Part shown: piece by piece, positions 11,501-23,467 of the stretch
How positions within the stretch are numbered: the stretch's first letter is position 1
How the letters are laid out: every line of letters begins with the position of its first letter
Source of the DNA: Catajapyx aquilonaris
Lineage: Eukaryota
Length of the DNA stretch: 47,400 bases
Reading direction: 5' to 3'
Assembly: GCA_000934665.2 (NCBI GenBank)
Contig: KZ538169.1
Span: forward strand, 62,001 to 109,400
The notes under the pieces: generated by a model
What the model was told of the DNA's origin: nothing
The model's database searches: none
What the model saw: the letters and a program-made list of their open reading frames with translations, nothing else
Program-made: the position numbers and the translations under genes

Positions 11501-12950
11501 GATTTTAAACAATTTTTTTTTAGTTATTTATTTTTTCAAAATAAAACTCCGGCTGGACCGCAACAGGGTAAACTTAAAAACAAATTCGAGTATACTAAAA
11601 AATAATTACAATTAAGTCCGCTTGAAGCCCTGGGTTTTTTTTCCGGTGGACCTGATCTTCCAAAAAACGGACTTCCGCAGGGGGGGTTTTTTAAATATTT
11701 TTTTTTTCGAAAATAAACTCCAATTTTTTTAAAACCCCGTTTTAATTTAGTGAGTTTTAAGTGGGATTTGGTTTGTGGCGGGGATAATTTTTTTGCGCTA
11801 ATCAGTATTAATTCCCTGGCCTTTTTTTGGAGTCTGTGGGCCATTTTTTTCGTTCCCTGACCTTTGACCTGACCTAAGGTGCATTTAAAAACCCCGCCAC
11901 AACCCGGAATCTCACTTGACCTCACTGTGACCCTAACGAGGCGGAAGTCCCCCATCTAGTTAGCTGATATAACTATTTAAAAAAAATGGGGAAATTGTTT
12001 GAAAAAGTGGCAAATAACCTTTGACCTTTTTTTTGTGAACGCGCCATTTTTACAACCCACCGTCGATCTTTTGACCTGACTCGCACGTTTGACCCACAGC
12101 TTTGACCTCTCACCCCATTTTTCGCCTCCGCCCCCTCTCTACATAAAAAAGGAAGGTTGTGTTTTTATTATTTATTTTTAAAAATATATATAATAATAAA
12201 ACCCGAACACGGTTGGGTTACGTATCTCTCCATAACTCAGGTACCGTAGTTGACATGAGATGGGAAATTAAAAAGAAAATTATTTAAAAATATAACAGCG
12301 TGAAGGTCCTGGGCGTAAGTGCCAAAAAAACGTAAAAAAAATATCCTTTAAATTTTTTTTCCTCCCCATCCACCCCCTTTCCTCCCCCTCCGCCCCCTCC
12401 TTCATATGAGAAAAAGTGTCAATGTCACGAATTTTTGTCTCGTTTTTTCTTCCTGTTTGTAACGATGTTGATTCGGTGGGCCGTAATTGTTGATATTAAT
12501 TTTTTGCCCCCCTCACTCCCCCCCTACACACCCTCCCCNNNNNNNNNNNNNNNNNNNNNNNNNNNNNNNNNNNNNNNNNNNNNNNNNNNGCCCCCCCCCC
12601 CTTCCAATGGCAGCTGTTGCAATAAGGAAGCAATAACTGTTATGAAAAACTGCAGCTTGTGTCTGCGCATGCGTAGTGACCTCTGACCTCCCGAAAAAGG
12701 TTGGGGTTAATAGTTGAAGCGTTTAAATGAGAAACTTACAAAATAAAAAGCGAAATACAAAAAATATGTTTTTCGTTTTCCTTCCGTAGTGTCCCCCCCA
12801 CTCCCACGATTTTGACCTGACCCCGACCTTTTCACCCATGTGAGGTCACTGCGCATGCGCATCCTTCTTCACCGTGTTCTCTGTAAAGGAGGTCACAAAA
12901 TGCCTGTAGCTGGGAAAAATATATCATGGAAAGCTCAGCGGAAAAATGGA
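5507..12950 (+). other. Probable long 3' UTR exon of the Musashi gene (3' end uncertain)
   Basis: Donor GTTAGT at 4642 just after the stop; branch-like CTGAC and acceptor CGACAG ending at 5506. Then ~7 kb of homopolymer-rich sequence with no credible ORF, no recognisable transposon and many AATAAA. Confidence 0.55.
9722..9918. other. Assembly gap (further gaps at 12539-12589 and 22634-22652)
   Basis: N runs, each flanked by poly-C. Confidence 0.99.
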
Positions 12951-13215
12951 AATGTACAACAATCGTCTTTTCTTTCACTTCAATCCCAGTCTTCTTTCTT
13001 AAAACAGGTTTTAGGTACGGTGACCAATCCAGGGTTGCCACGGGTATTTTTCTTACAGGTCTGGTCACGTCTGCAACAAGGTAAATGAAACTACATGCCC
13101 ACGTAGCACCAAGCCCTCACTTACATGGACACTAGGGAAGGAAAGACGTAATTTTTGCGCTCCTTAGGCGACCCCATGAACCATTGTGTTGGTGTCATCT
13201 GTGTGGCTGTTGGGT

Positions 13216-13595
13216 GACCGCACCAGTACTGTACGTCTGGCCCTACCAGGCACGGTATGTCGTGTTAGCCCGCTTACAAGCGTCAACAAGATGGGGTGCT
13301 CTTTGTGGGTTGTATATACGTAGGCCGACGAACGTTAACGTGGCTCTGCCGCACCGGTATTGTCTGGCCCTGCCAGGCATGGTATGTCGCATTAGCCTGA
13401 TAATCGCCTACAAGCGTCAACAAGATGGGGTGTGTATACGCAGGCCAACGAACGTTATCGTGGCTCGTCCGCACCAGTATTGTCTGGTCCTGCCAGGCAC
13501 GGTATGCCGTGTTAGCCTCATTGTAATTGCTTACAAGCGTCAGTGGGTTGTGTGCGCAGCATACCAACGAACGTTATCGTGGCTCTGCCATGATG
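13216..13595. repeat. Three tandem ~120-130-bp units; related pieces at ~17587, ~17755 and inverted at ~30940-31075
   Basis: GCACCAGTA(C/T)TGT...CCAGGCACGGTATG...TACAAGCGTCA...AACGAACGTTATCGTGGCT recurs at 13220, 13351 and 13471. Confidence 0.8.
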
Positions 13596-15545
13596 TGACC
13601 TCCCCCCCATCTATTGTTGAGTAATAATACAACTTGCATTGTTGCCATCCCAAAATACCGACCCCCATCTGGCTGAGTCAGGCCTAAAACCTCCATAAAT
13701 ATCTTGTTAGCCAAAGGCCTTTGTTGGAAATCGTGTCCAATCAGGGATCGATCCATCCCCGATGGCAGTTCAAATCAACGGATGAACTTGGTTGAAGGAA
13801 AGGGGAAGATCTGAAGCCGATAACAATGCGCTGATTTATCGATACTCAAAACTATTCAGATTAAAAATATGCTGTTGCAATCGTCCAGGGTTGGGGCATC
13901 AAATTGGTATGAAATGGACGAACTTAGCCTCTGGTAATAATAGAGAACGTTAAAAATAGCGCCTGACCATGTGACTAGCTAGGTCCAGCGTGTCACGTGA
14001 TCAACAACGCCCACTTTTTCTCAAAATGTGATTATTTTTCAAAACTTTTTTTGGAAAAGTTCTATGAAGTTGCAAGGCCCGGAATAGTTACTTGGGTGAA
14101 GTCGACTCTAGGAGAGAGGGGTGGAAAACCTTGACTGCATAAAAATCAATGGTCTCTCTCGCTTGGTACTGTACCTGCCTGCTCCTGGTACACTCCATTT
14201 CTCCTTTAAAGTACTTTTTTTTCTTTTTTGACTGGTCAAAGCAGGGAGCCTTGCACCACCAATCGCGTTCCTCCAACTTGGAACCTAATTAATGGCTCAA
14301 GGTGTGATTTATCGCACCCAGATGGGGTAGGGTTCGTGACATGTGGCGTCAAAAAATATTTGGGAAGGGGGATAGCTATGTACTACCATATCCCTCGCCT
14401 ATATGGCCACTGTCAGGGTCATGACACTCCTACCCCAGCCTTATGCAGACACCCGTCCGCATAGTTCCACCAGTATAAGCTCTGTAGTTCCCAAGTATGT
14501 TAGTAGTGTTTCATAATATCGCTACGCTCTGCGGTGGGGTTTCGTCCCCTTTGCGTGCCTTTGGCTCTTGGCATCCCGCACACGTTCGGGATTGGTATCA
14601 CTGCACTGGAGAGAAGGTAGCGACGCCATCCGCAGAATGGTACAATACCTATGAAAGCAGCTTTTACGGCAAGTGGCAAGTAAGTAGCAGAAATTCATGA
14701 ATTTATGGTTTTCTCCTGCACGTCCACGTACTCTTGGACGGGTGGCCGGGTGGGTTGAGTGGGTGGGGCGATAGTGGCGCTCGTCTGGCGGTAGATTCGG
14801 GCGGTACGGCCAGCGGGCCAAGGTCGAAGGTGCGGGTTTTTTTTTTTGCCCGTAGCTCTAAAACGGCGGTGAAAATTGAAATTCTGATGATTTTTCGCTT
14901 CACAATTGGCGATGAGAGCTTTCCAACGAGCCATCTCCCGACCCGCTACGACGTGACGTCGGGAAGTGCGATATCATAGGATTGGATGCGAATAGTGGAC
15001 TGTGTGGACAGAGAGCGGCACACACTAGCCAATTTGATCCTAGCCGTCCTATATACAGTACATGCGTTGCCATCTTCCCTTAATGGAGGGAATGACGCGT
15101 CGGATCTAAGTGTGATCCGAAACTTCATCTATCTCTTCCCTGTTCCCTTAATTACCTTTTCTGCTGTCTTCATGAGGGGGAGAAAGGGCCTGATTGGATC
15201 TTTGGGATACGCCCATTTCCTTCCCCTCCTCTGATTTGGCAGCTGTCCCAACGACCAATCGCACAGGGAAGGGGTCACCCTTGACACAAAAGAGGTCAAC
15301 CCTGCCCCATTGACACTTTCGCTTCATTTGATATATTCCATTTTCAGAGGGGAAGAGAGAAGAAGGCTCAAGATAGGGAGTGTCTATTGTGGGAACGGAT
15401 CTATTCACATGGTTGAAACAATTATATCATTGATCATGGGGTGGGAAACAATTGGGTTCGAATAAGCTCGGTTTTAAGGTGTGGTCCAGTTCGGGTCGTT
15501 CACACGATCCACCATTAGCTAGTAAGTGGGCCGGGTCAATTTGGT

Positions 15546-16740
15546 GATATCGATGTTTTGATCGGTATTTAAGTAAATATCGACGTGACAATGCAACTCG
15601 ATGTATCGAAAATAGATTTTAGGACTAGTATTTGGCACATCAAAAATATCGCAATATTGCAGTATCAATTTATTGAAAATAGCTTTACGCTATTCGACAG
15701 ATTGAAAGCATCATTTTAGTGTTTGATATCAAAAATAGCCTTGCAGTATCGATTTAATGCAAATCGTTTTTAGATATTCGATATATCGAAAGTATCTGTC
15801 GATATATTGAAAATGGTATTGCAGTATCTTGCATCTTGCTTGCATCTCCCTTCATCGCTGACTACCCCTCATAGGGAAATGTCGTGATGTTGTTGTTGTT
15901 GTTGGTATTGCAGTATCGATTTAATGCAAATCCTTCTTCGATATTCGATATATCGAAAGTATCTGTTATTGAAAATGGTATTGCAGTATCGATTTAATGC
16001 AAATCGTTTTTCGATATTCGATATATCGAAAGTATCTGTTACTGAAAATGGTGTTGCAGTATCGATTCATTAAAATGGCTCTACTATGTTAGATATATCG
16101 AAAAGGCCTTCCAAGTCGATATACAGTAAATATCACTTTACGATGTACGATATATCGATGATGTTTTGTAGTAAATGTAGTGTTTGCTACACGGTATCGA
16201 AACTAGTCGAACAGTATGGTGAAAACGGAAGGACATTCATATCGGCTGACCGAATTTGGCAGGGGCAGGGGTACGCTGTACCAACCTACCCCTTGACCTA
16301 TATACACTTCCCGGCGGATAAACACCTATCCTTCAGCGAATACAAGCCTCTCCTCAGAGGATACACGGATATTTTCAGCGGATACAAGCCTCTCCTCAGC
16401 GGATACATGGATATTTTCAGCGGATACACGCCTCTCCTCAGCGGATACATAGATATTTTCAGCGGATACAAGCCTCTCCTCAGCGGATACACGGATATTT
16501 TCAGCGGATACTAGCCCTGGAAGTAGGTAAAAGTATGGCGTCTCCCGAAGTGAAAGCGTAGCCGTGAAAACTACTTTTCGATGTTCGATAAATCGATAGC
16601 ATTTTTTTAGTGTTTGATATAGCGATAATAACAATACATTATCGATATAGTGAAAATAGTTGTGGGCTGTTCATATATCGAAAACAGCCTCGCAGTATCG
16701 ATATAGTGAAATCGCTTTTCTATCGATATATCGCCCCCAC
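15546..16740. repeat. ATCGAT-rich degenerate tandem array (~73-bp units), interrupted by an insertion at ~16227-16560
   Basis: Repeated GAAAATGGTATTGCAGTATCGATTTAATGCAAATC...TCGATATATCGAAAGTATCTG. Confidence 0.8.
16333..16511. repeat. 42-bp minisatellite made of two alternating 21-bp subunits, about 4 copies
   Basis: CAGCGGATACAAGCCTCTCCT alternates with CAGCGGATACA(C/T)(G/A)GATATTTT. Confidence 0.92.
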
Positions 16741-16768
16741 TATATGTGAGCTTTAGCAGGGGGATTTC

Positions 16769-16930
16769 CTAGAGAACCTCGAGGGAGAGCGTCGCCAACA
16801 TCTGCCGTTACGTCATCTCTGATTGGTTGGTGTAATTATGGACATGTCCAATGGAGGCCACCATGTTGCGTTGCTATGGAAAAAGTGACCGGCTGTGACG
16901 TCACGGTCGACTCCGATTGGCTGGAGTAGT
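16769..16930. mobile_element. Single arm of the 2730-3026 MITE family
   Basis: CTAGAGAACCTCGAG...TGACGTCACGGTCGACTCCGATTGGCTGGA. Confidence 0.75.
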
Positions 16931-18379
16931 GGCCAGCCTTTAAGGGTGGCGCTGGCGTACATGCCACGTTGCCAGATGGTGCTCGCAGACCCGGATGAGT
17001 CTGTGGAGCGTGTAGGGTTAGAAACGAAGCGGAACTGCGGACAAGGACTTGGGAAAAGGCGATTAATGGGCTGATGGGAACTAGAGCAGGTGGGGTGTGC
17101 GGTCGGGGTGGATGGGAGGTTAGGGTGGGTGGGGAGGAGGAGGACTAGGAGGGTTAGAGCTCGGTGGTAAATCAAATCAAAGTTCTCCCCCCACCTCCCT
17201 TTGCTGCATCTCAAAGGTCGAAATATGCTGACGAAACCTGCCCACACGTCATTTCTGCCGACTTGTGACGCCAAGTGTCAGCGATATTTGGTCCTTCCCC
17301 TCCCCCCCCCCCCATCCCCCTACCCTTCAGATCAAAGTCACGCTTCAAAAGGGGAGGAACTAATCGGATGGAATGAAATATTGGGGCGTATAATAGCTAT
17401 CAGTCGGTACTTCATGGTTATATTCGCGGGTTTGCACTCGCTACAGGGTGTTCACGATGACAAAAGTTGACAAATTCAGTCGCTAATATTACCCGCTAAT
17501 ATTTTTGATAGCTGCTAAAAGTAACAGCTATCAACACACAACAATGTAGCCAATAGTGTTTGTGTCATGTGTATGGCTTTTACGTGACCGCACTAGTACT
17601 GTCCTATTGTATCCATGCCAGACACTGTACGGAATATTCCCCCCCCGCCCCCGTGATTTTTTGGCATGTTCATGGCAACATTGTTTCCATTTTCGATAAT
17701 TTTAATTAATAGCGAGCATCAAACGATCTGGGCGATTAATGCTTGTTGTTATCCGCCAGCAGTACTGTACGTCTTGCATGGTGCAGGGCAACGAACGTTA
17801 TTGTGGCTTTGCCATAACTATAGCTGCCACTTTGTACCATTTTTACCTAAATTCGTGGCCGGTATAGCCCTGAGGAGTCCCCCCAAAAGTAACATTAGCC
17901 TAATATAATTATTATAAGGAAAGACTTTCATATCGGGAGACCGAATGTGGCAGGGGTAGGGGCACGCTGTACCAACCTGCCCCCATGACCTAACTTTTCT
18001 TCCAGGTGGATACACGCCTACCTTTCAGCAGATGCAAGCCTATAGGAAAGTAGGTAAAAGTGCTGGGTCTCTCGCTATGAGAGCAATGGGTAACAAACTT
18101 TTCTGGCTCTTTTCCAGGCGAAAAGTTTTACCGAAGTCGATGCAACCGTACATTAGGAAATTCCGAGCTTTACAACCATTTTATGGGCACTTCCAAATCG
18201 GTTTAAATGATGCTTGCTAATTGAAACTAATTATAATTTGCTATTAAAATGTGACTAATTACTCATAATATTATAAAATGTTATTAGCCCTCAATTAGTC
18301 GCAGCCAGGGTAGCCAACAGCACCAGAATAATTTTGTTTGTTTTGCGTGCCTCTCACGGCCATCACTGGAAACAATGTA

Positions 18380-18870
18380 ACCATGACGAATTAAGGGTGA
18401 CCATGACCAAAATTCAGGGTGACCATGACCCAAATTTAGGGTCGCCATGTCCAAAATTCAAGTTGACCATGATGAAAAATCAGGGTGACCAGGTTAAAAA
18501 TCTGTGACAATGTCGAAAATTCAGGGTGGCCATGACGAAAAATCTGGGTTTCAGTGTGGAAAGTTGTTCAGGGTGACCATGTCAAAAAATTTGGGTGACC
18601 AAGACGAAAGTTCAGGGTTGACATAACAAAAAAATTAGGGTCGGTATGACGAAAATTTCTATGTCGAAAAATCAGGGTGACCAAGTTGAAAATTTGTGAA
18701 AATTTCAAAAATTCAAGATGGCCGTGACGAAAAATCAGGGTTTCCGTGTGGAAAATTCAGGGGGTTGACGTGACAAAAAAATCAGGGTCGCCATAACGAA
18801 AATTTAGGGTGACTATGTCGAAAAAATCAAGGTGACCAGGTTGAAAATTTGTGACCATGTCGAAAAATCA
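18380..18870. repeat. Degenerate ~22-bp tandem array
   Basis: Unit CAGGGTGACCATGACGAAAATT repeated about 20 times. Confidence 0.85.
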
Positions 18871-19062
18871 GAGTGACCAGTGATCAGAATTGTGACATTG
18901 TGCGAGTGCACGTTAAAGATCCCCAGAGTGACCAGTGATCAGAATTGTGACATTGCGCGAGTGCACGTTAAAGATCCCCAGAGAGGCCAAATTTCTAGGG
19001 GAAGGACCACCCCCTGGCGTCGGTGTTGAGCCTTGCGGAAGAAATAGGCCGACGTTAAAAAA
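18869..19062 (+). mobile_element. SINE central/3' fragment (Deu/Nin-domain-like) with a 55-bp tandem duplication
   Basis: GTGCACGTTAAAGATCCCCAG...GCCAAATT...GACGTTAAA resembles the recalled Nin/Deu SINE core; 18869-18923 is duplicated. Confidence 0.5.
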
Positions 19063-20399
19063 TCAGGGTAGCCACATGTAAAGTTCAGTGTTACCAATCC
19101 GAAAATTCAGACAAAGATTGACAATTGCCCATCGCATAATTCAGTGTTGCCAACAGCACACTACCGCAGTATATTATCCCCCTGCCTGCATCTGATATTT
19201 GTGATGCCAGTGGTGGGGCATGCACGCCCAATAAATCTGATGAAACGGCCTCGTTTGCAATAACTGATAAAACCCGTTTAATTGACACTAATGATCCCCC
19301 CTGCTAATGAATGCTCCCCCCCACCCCCTCATTAGAAAAATGTTAAAAACTTAAAAAAATTATACAACTAAAATATCCGGAAACAAGGGAAAGGAACTGG
19401 CGGCCATCTTGTTAATTACATACTAATTTATCGGTCCGTATCGGCAGAAAATTCGGTCCGGAAGTGATAAACCCGGTGTATTAATTTACGAGTGACGTCA
19501 CTGCAGTTGTGGGACCGTTGCCCAAAAAGTTTTTAGTGGGAGGGGCTGGGAAGGGGGGGGGGGAGGAGCTAAAAAAAACCGTCATCCGTCACCGGATCCG
19601 CTCTTATCTGCGCTTCCGGGCTGCTGCTCCGGATTTTCCCGGAACGGCAACCACCCCCCCCCCCTGCCCCGCCTCCCCCTACTCCCACCACCACTAAATA
19701 TAAGGCTTGGAAATAAAGGAAGCTGGGGGAAAAAAACAGGAAAAGGTACTATTTTACACATATCTGCCAGAGGAAACGAAACATAACTCTAAAACCAGGT
19801 TTAAAAAAATCCGGGTCACATTTGCGTCATTTTAACTAATATATTAATATTTAATAGTTACGGAGTCTGGTAAACTGCTATTGATAAAAGTATGCAGTAC
19901 TACTAATCGGTGAGTCAGCATATAAACTCGAATAGGTAAATATAATTTTTTAACAAGCGCAACCGAGTGCGCACCCACACTCGCGCAGCTGCATTGTTAC
20001 TCCATAGTTACTTGGCAAGATCGAAAACGTAGTTTGTTTCTCCCAAGCGTAGCGTTGGCAATAAGTGCAGGCTTATTTTTGTTCAATTGTCTTCAATAAG
20101 CTGTGGGACCGGAAGTGCGTTTTTATTGTAACTGTGGGGACTACTGTCCCCACAATTTCTCCTGTGGGGACATTGTGGGTCCCCACATCTTCACACACCA
20201 GCAGAACGTTACCGTTATAGTGGGGACACAATTTCGATTTGCAGGGTTTCACAAAAGTCCATTTCGCTCAGCCTAGGTTAGTTAGGGTATGGTAGGGTAG
20301 GTTAGGTTAGGTTACACTAGCTTCGAAAAGTTGAGTTTTAAACGTCCCCATAGCTTATTGAGCGCAAGTCTGTGTTCCCGTACATCTTACATATTAATA

Positions 20400-20632
20400 C
20401 AGGGTGTTCCAAGTTCATGGGTCACTTTTCCAATCACTATTATTGCCCGAAGTGGGTATTTTTTGTAGCTTGTTGTGCCCCTAATCACTTGCCCCATTAC
20501 CCCCAGGTGATCGAAAATAGCAGTTGCTATAGAATATAGCAATTTATTAGGGGCACAACAAGCTACAAAAAAATAACCACTTCGGGCAATATTAGTGATA
20601 GGAAAAGTGACCCACGAACTTGGAACACCCTG
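20400..20632. mobile_element. Tc1/mariner-type MITE
   Basis: TA|CAGGGTGTTCCAAGTTC ... GAACTTGGAACACCCTG|TA with ~90-bp TIRs; second copy at 24536. Confidence 0.9.
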
Positions 20633-20657
20633 TATAAAGCATAAGTGTGTTGGTATT

Positions 20658-20889
20658 TCTATATGTCATGGCTACATAACCCACTTTCATAATATGGAGA
20701 GTACTGAAACTTGGCACACTGACGTCTTACGTGCCGCTTATCTAGAGAAAATTCTGAAAACTGCACTTTTTTGAGCCTAAGCACACGAAATTTAGATTTT
20801 AAATGATATTTGGTGTCTCATCTGCTGCAATATTGGCACAGATTTCTTTTATTTATCAATCACCGTGCGAAGAACGGGTCTCCTGCTAG
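20658..20889 (+). mobile_element. Non-autonomous Helitron-like element (5' end uncertain)
   Basis: Small hairpin CCGTGCGAAGAACGG followed by CTAG|T. Confidence 0.45.
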
Positions 20890-21584
20890 TCCACTATATA
20901 GATAGCTTATATAATATGGTTAATGCCAACCCTGCCAGCTGGGGTGCGCACTCGGTTACGCCAGTTAAAAAACACACACGTATAGTACCACTACCTGCCG
21001 TGTAGGTGGCGCTCTCGCTACACTCCTGCCACTCATACGGCAGGTAGTGGTACTACCTGGCTGAATTGTGATGACTCACCCCGGACAAACGTATTATCAG
21101 CTAATATAAACACTGTTTCCGCTTCCGCATTGTAACCTCTGATTGGACTGGTTCTAGGGTAAAACGGGTTCAGTTTCGCTCCCCTCCTCCATCCGAAAGA
21201 GTGAGTTGTTTAGGCTTGATTCATAGGGTGTTTCATCTTGACATAACAGCAATTCAATTGTCACCGTTGGCCTATTCCCAACCCTGCTTCTCTTATCTTT
21301 TCTATTAGCGCTGCAATCGGCCCCTCAGGCGGGAGGGTAGGGAGGGAGGGGGGGCGTCAGAAGCGACGCCAGGCGTCGAATTATGACGCGTTTCCGCGTC
21401 GCCCATCCGGAAACTAGATAAGGGAGCAACTGTGGAGGGAGGGAAGGGCTGGATGGAGGGAAGGGTAGAGAGGCGGCGAGGGGAGGGAGGGAGGCAAAAT
21501 AATAGAAAGAAAAGATATACCCACAGGGTTTTGCGCCAATTCGATTTTTCCCGCCAGGTTTTTTTCGCTGATTCAGACCACGTG

Positions 21585-22510
21585 GTCGGACGCCATTTTG
21601 AAGTCCATGTCACGTGACGTCGCCATTTTGAACTTCGGGTCAGGTTACAACACGCCAGCGCCATTTTGAGTAACTTTCAGTTCAGGCTACTTGGAAATTT
21701 AAATTTCTCACGCGACAATAAGGCGCCATTTTGAATGACATGCAACTTGACGACACCATCAGGGAGCATATATTACATAAGAAGAGGCGCAAACATTCGA
21801 TTTTTGCGTCTCTCTGTTTGGGGCGTTGCCCAGGCTGGCGGCCATTTTGAAGTGTGTGGAACGCCAACGAGGTATAAATAGGGTACAGGCAAAAATAGGG
21901 TATGCCATCTTTGATTCGCGCGTGTTCTTGACTTTCTTGCCATGGCCGCCCCAATCATCAAAGATGGCGATCCCTATTTTTGCCTGTATCATATTTATAC
22001 CTCGTGGGCGTTCCACACCCTCAAAATGGCCGCCAGCTTTGGCAACGCCCCAGAGAGACGCTAACATCAAAGGCGCCGACAGAAGTTTGCGCTTCTTAGT
22101 AGTATATGCTCCCTGACACCATTATGAACTTCAGGTCAGATTACAAGACATCATATTGAACTTCTCACGTGGCAAGACGCCATCTTGTATGCAATGTTGC
22201 GTGAAGTCGCCATCTTGAATATCAGGTCAGGTTACAAGACGCCATCTTGAATTGATCACCCAAGGTGCCATTTTGAATTTATCAAGTGACAAGACGCCAT
22301 GTTGAAGTTCTTGTCACGTGACGTTGCCATTGTGAAGTACAAGTCAGATCACAAGATGCCATTTTTACATTCATGTGACATGACGGAGCCATACAGGTCA
22401 GGTTACAAGTCGCCATTTTGAATTAGTCACGTGATCAAACGCCATTTTGGATTTGTCACGTGACGTCGCCATTTTGATGTTCTGGTCACGTGAGGAGGCG
22501 CCATTTTAGA
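21585..22510. repeat. ~30-bp degenerate array of CGCCATTTTG plus GTCACGTGAC motifs, interrupted by a MITE
   Basis: About 18 GCCAT(T/C)TTG-like cores at ~30-bp spacing. Confidence 0.8.
21760..22115. mobile_element. Palindromic MITE CAGGG...CCCTG with 7-bp TSD ACACCAT
   Basis: Long TIRs, direct repeats on both flanks, second copy at 40922-41281. Confidence 0.9.
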
Positions 22511-22959
22511 AAGGAAAAGTAGGGAGTGTTCTGCTGGCTTTATAGTACGCTGAATTTGTTTGATTGGCCAGATCTGTTTTTGGAAGACGCGGGTAATGCA
22601 ACCTAACCCCGTCTATAGCCTCGTTTTGCCCCCNNNNNNNNNNNNNNNNNNNTCCCCCCTCCATCCCCCCCGATGGGCCCGGAGAGTGACATAAAGGACC
22701 TGAAAGAGCAAGGATGAGAGAAGTTGGCGGCGCCATCAAACCAAGTGTCATCAGTCACCCGACATTTGGCGACGAAAGGAACCGCGAAAGGGCGTGGTCA
22801 ATGCTTCCCCCCCATCCTCCCTCCCCCTGCCCCTCTCCACCTGCCCACAACACTCATCAAAATGGCAAAAAGGGGGAGAGGGAGGGAGGGAGGGAGGGAG
22901 GGAACAAAACGGGGTTGCCACGATCTCATCACATCTGACACAGGTCATCTCGACATTAA

Positions 22960-23385
22960 ATTCGGCGCAAAATTAAACCACAAAGCCGAGCAACAGCTAT
23001 TTTAACACTAAGCAGCTTATTCATATAACTATATCTCAAATTAACAACTTATTCGGCAAAACCAACTAAGCTGCTTATTTAACAGTTGCGTGATAATTAT
23101 CTACTAATTGAAAACTGACGGTGGTATGCCACCCTTCTAAAAGGGCTTCGCCCTATCACGGGGTATAATAATAATGATGATGATGAATATTATTATGATA
23201 GTACGGTAAATAATTATCTACTAATTAGCGGAAAATAGAAAATTAGCTAACGAACTGCAGCGATTTTATTACTAAATGGCTTTTCCAATAGCTATTTAAT
23301 GATTAGCTATATTCTAATTCACAGATAAAGAAAAAAACTAACAGGAGCGATTTTATCACTAAGCTACTTATTTAATAGTTGGCTC

Positions 23386-23467
<82 letters not shown>

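Noticed and set aside
6565..12686. Short ORFs in the A/T homopolymer region
   Set aside because: Low-complexity K/F-rich translations with no domain signal; some span N gaps.
16333..16511. CRISPR-like alternation, and a repeat-protein ORF (16086-16514)
   Set aside because: The apparent spacers are themselves repeated, there are no cas genes and the context is eukaryotic. The ORF stays open only because the unit is 42 bp.
19236..19270. Hammerhead ribozyme cores at CTGATGA sites (also 1783, 14884, 41279)
   Set aside because: No stem II followed by GAAA in the required arrangement.
20272..20316. Telomeric TTAGG tract
   Set aside because: Short, degenerate and internal to an inverted-repeat element.
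21682..22116. Similar ORFs here and at 40769-41308 suggesting a gene family
   Set aside because: They are translations of two copies of a palindromic MITE.
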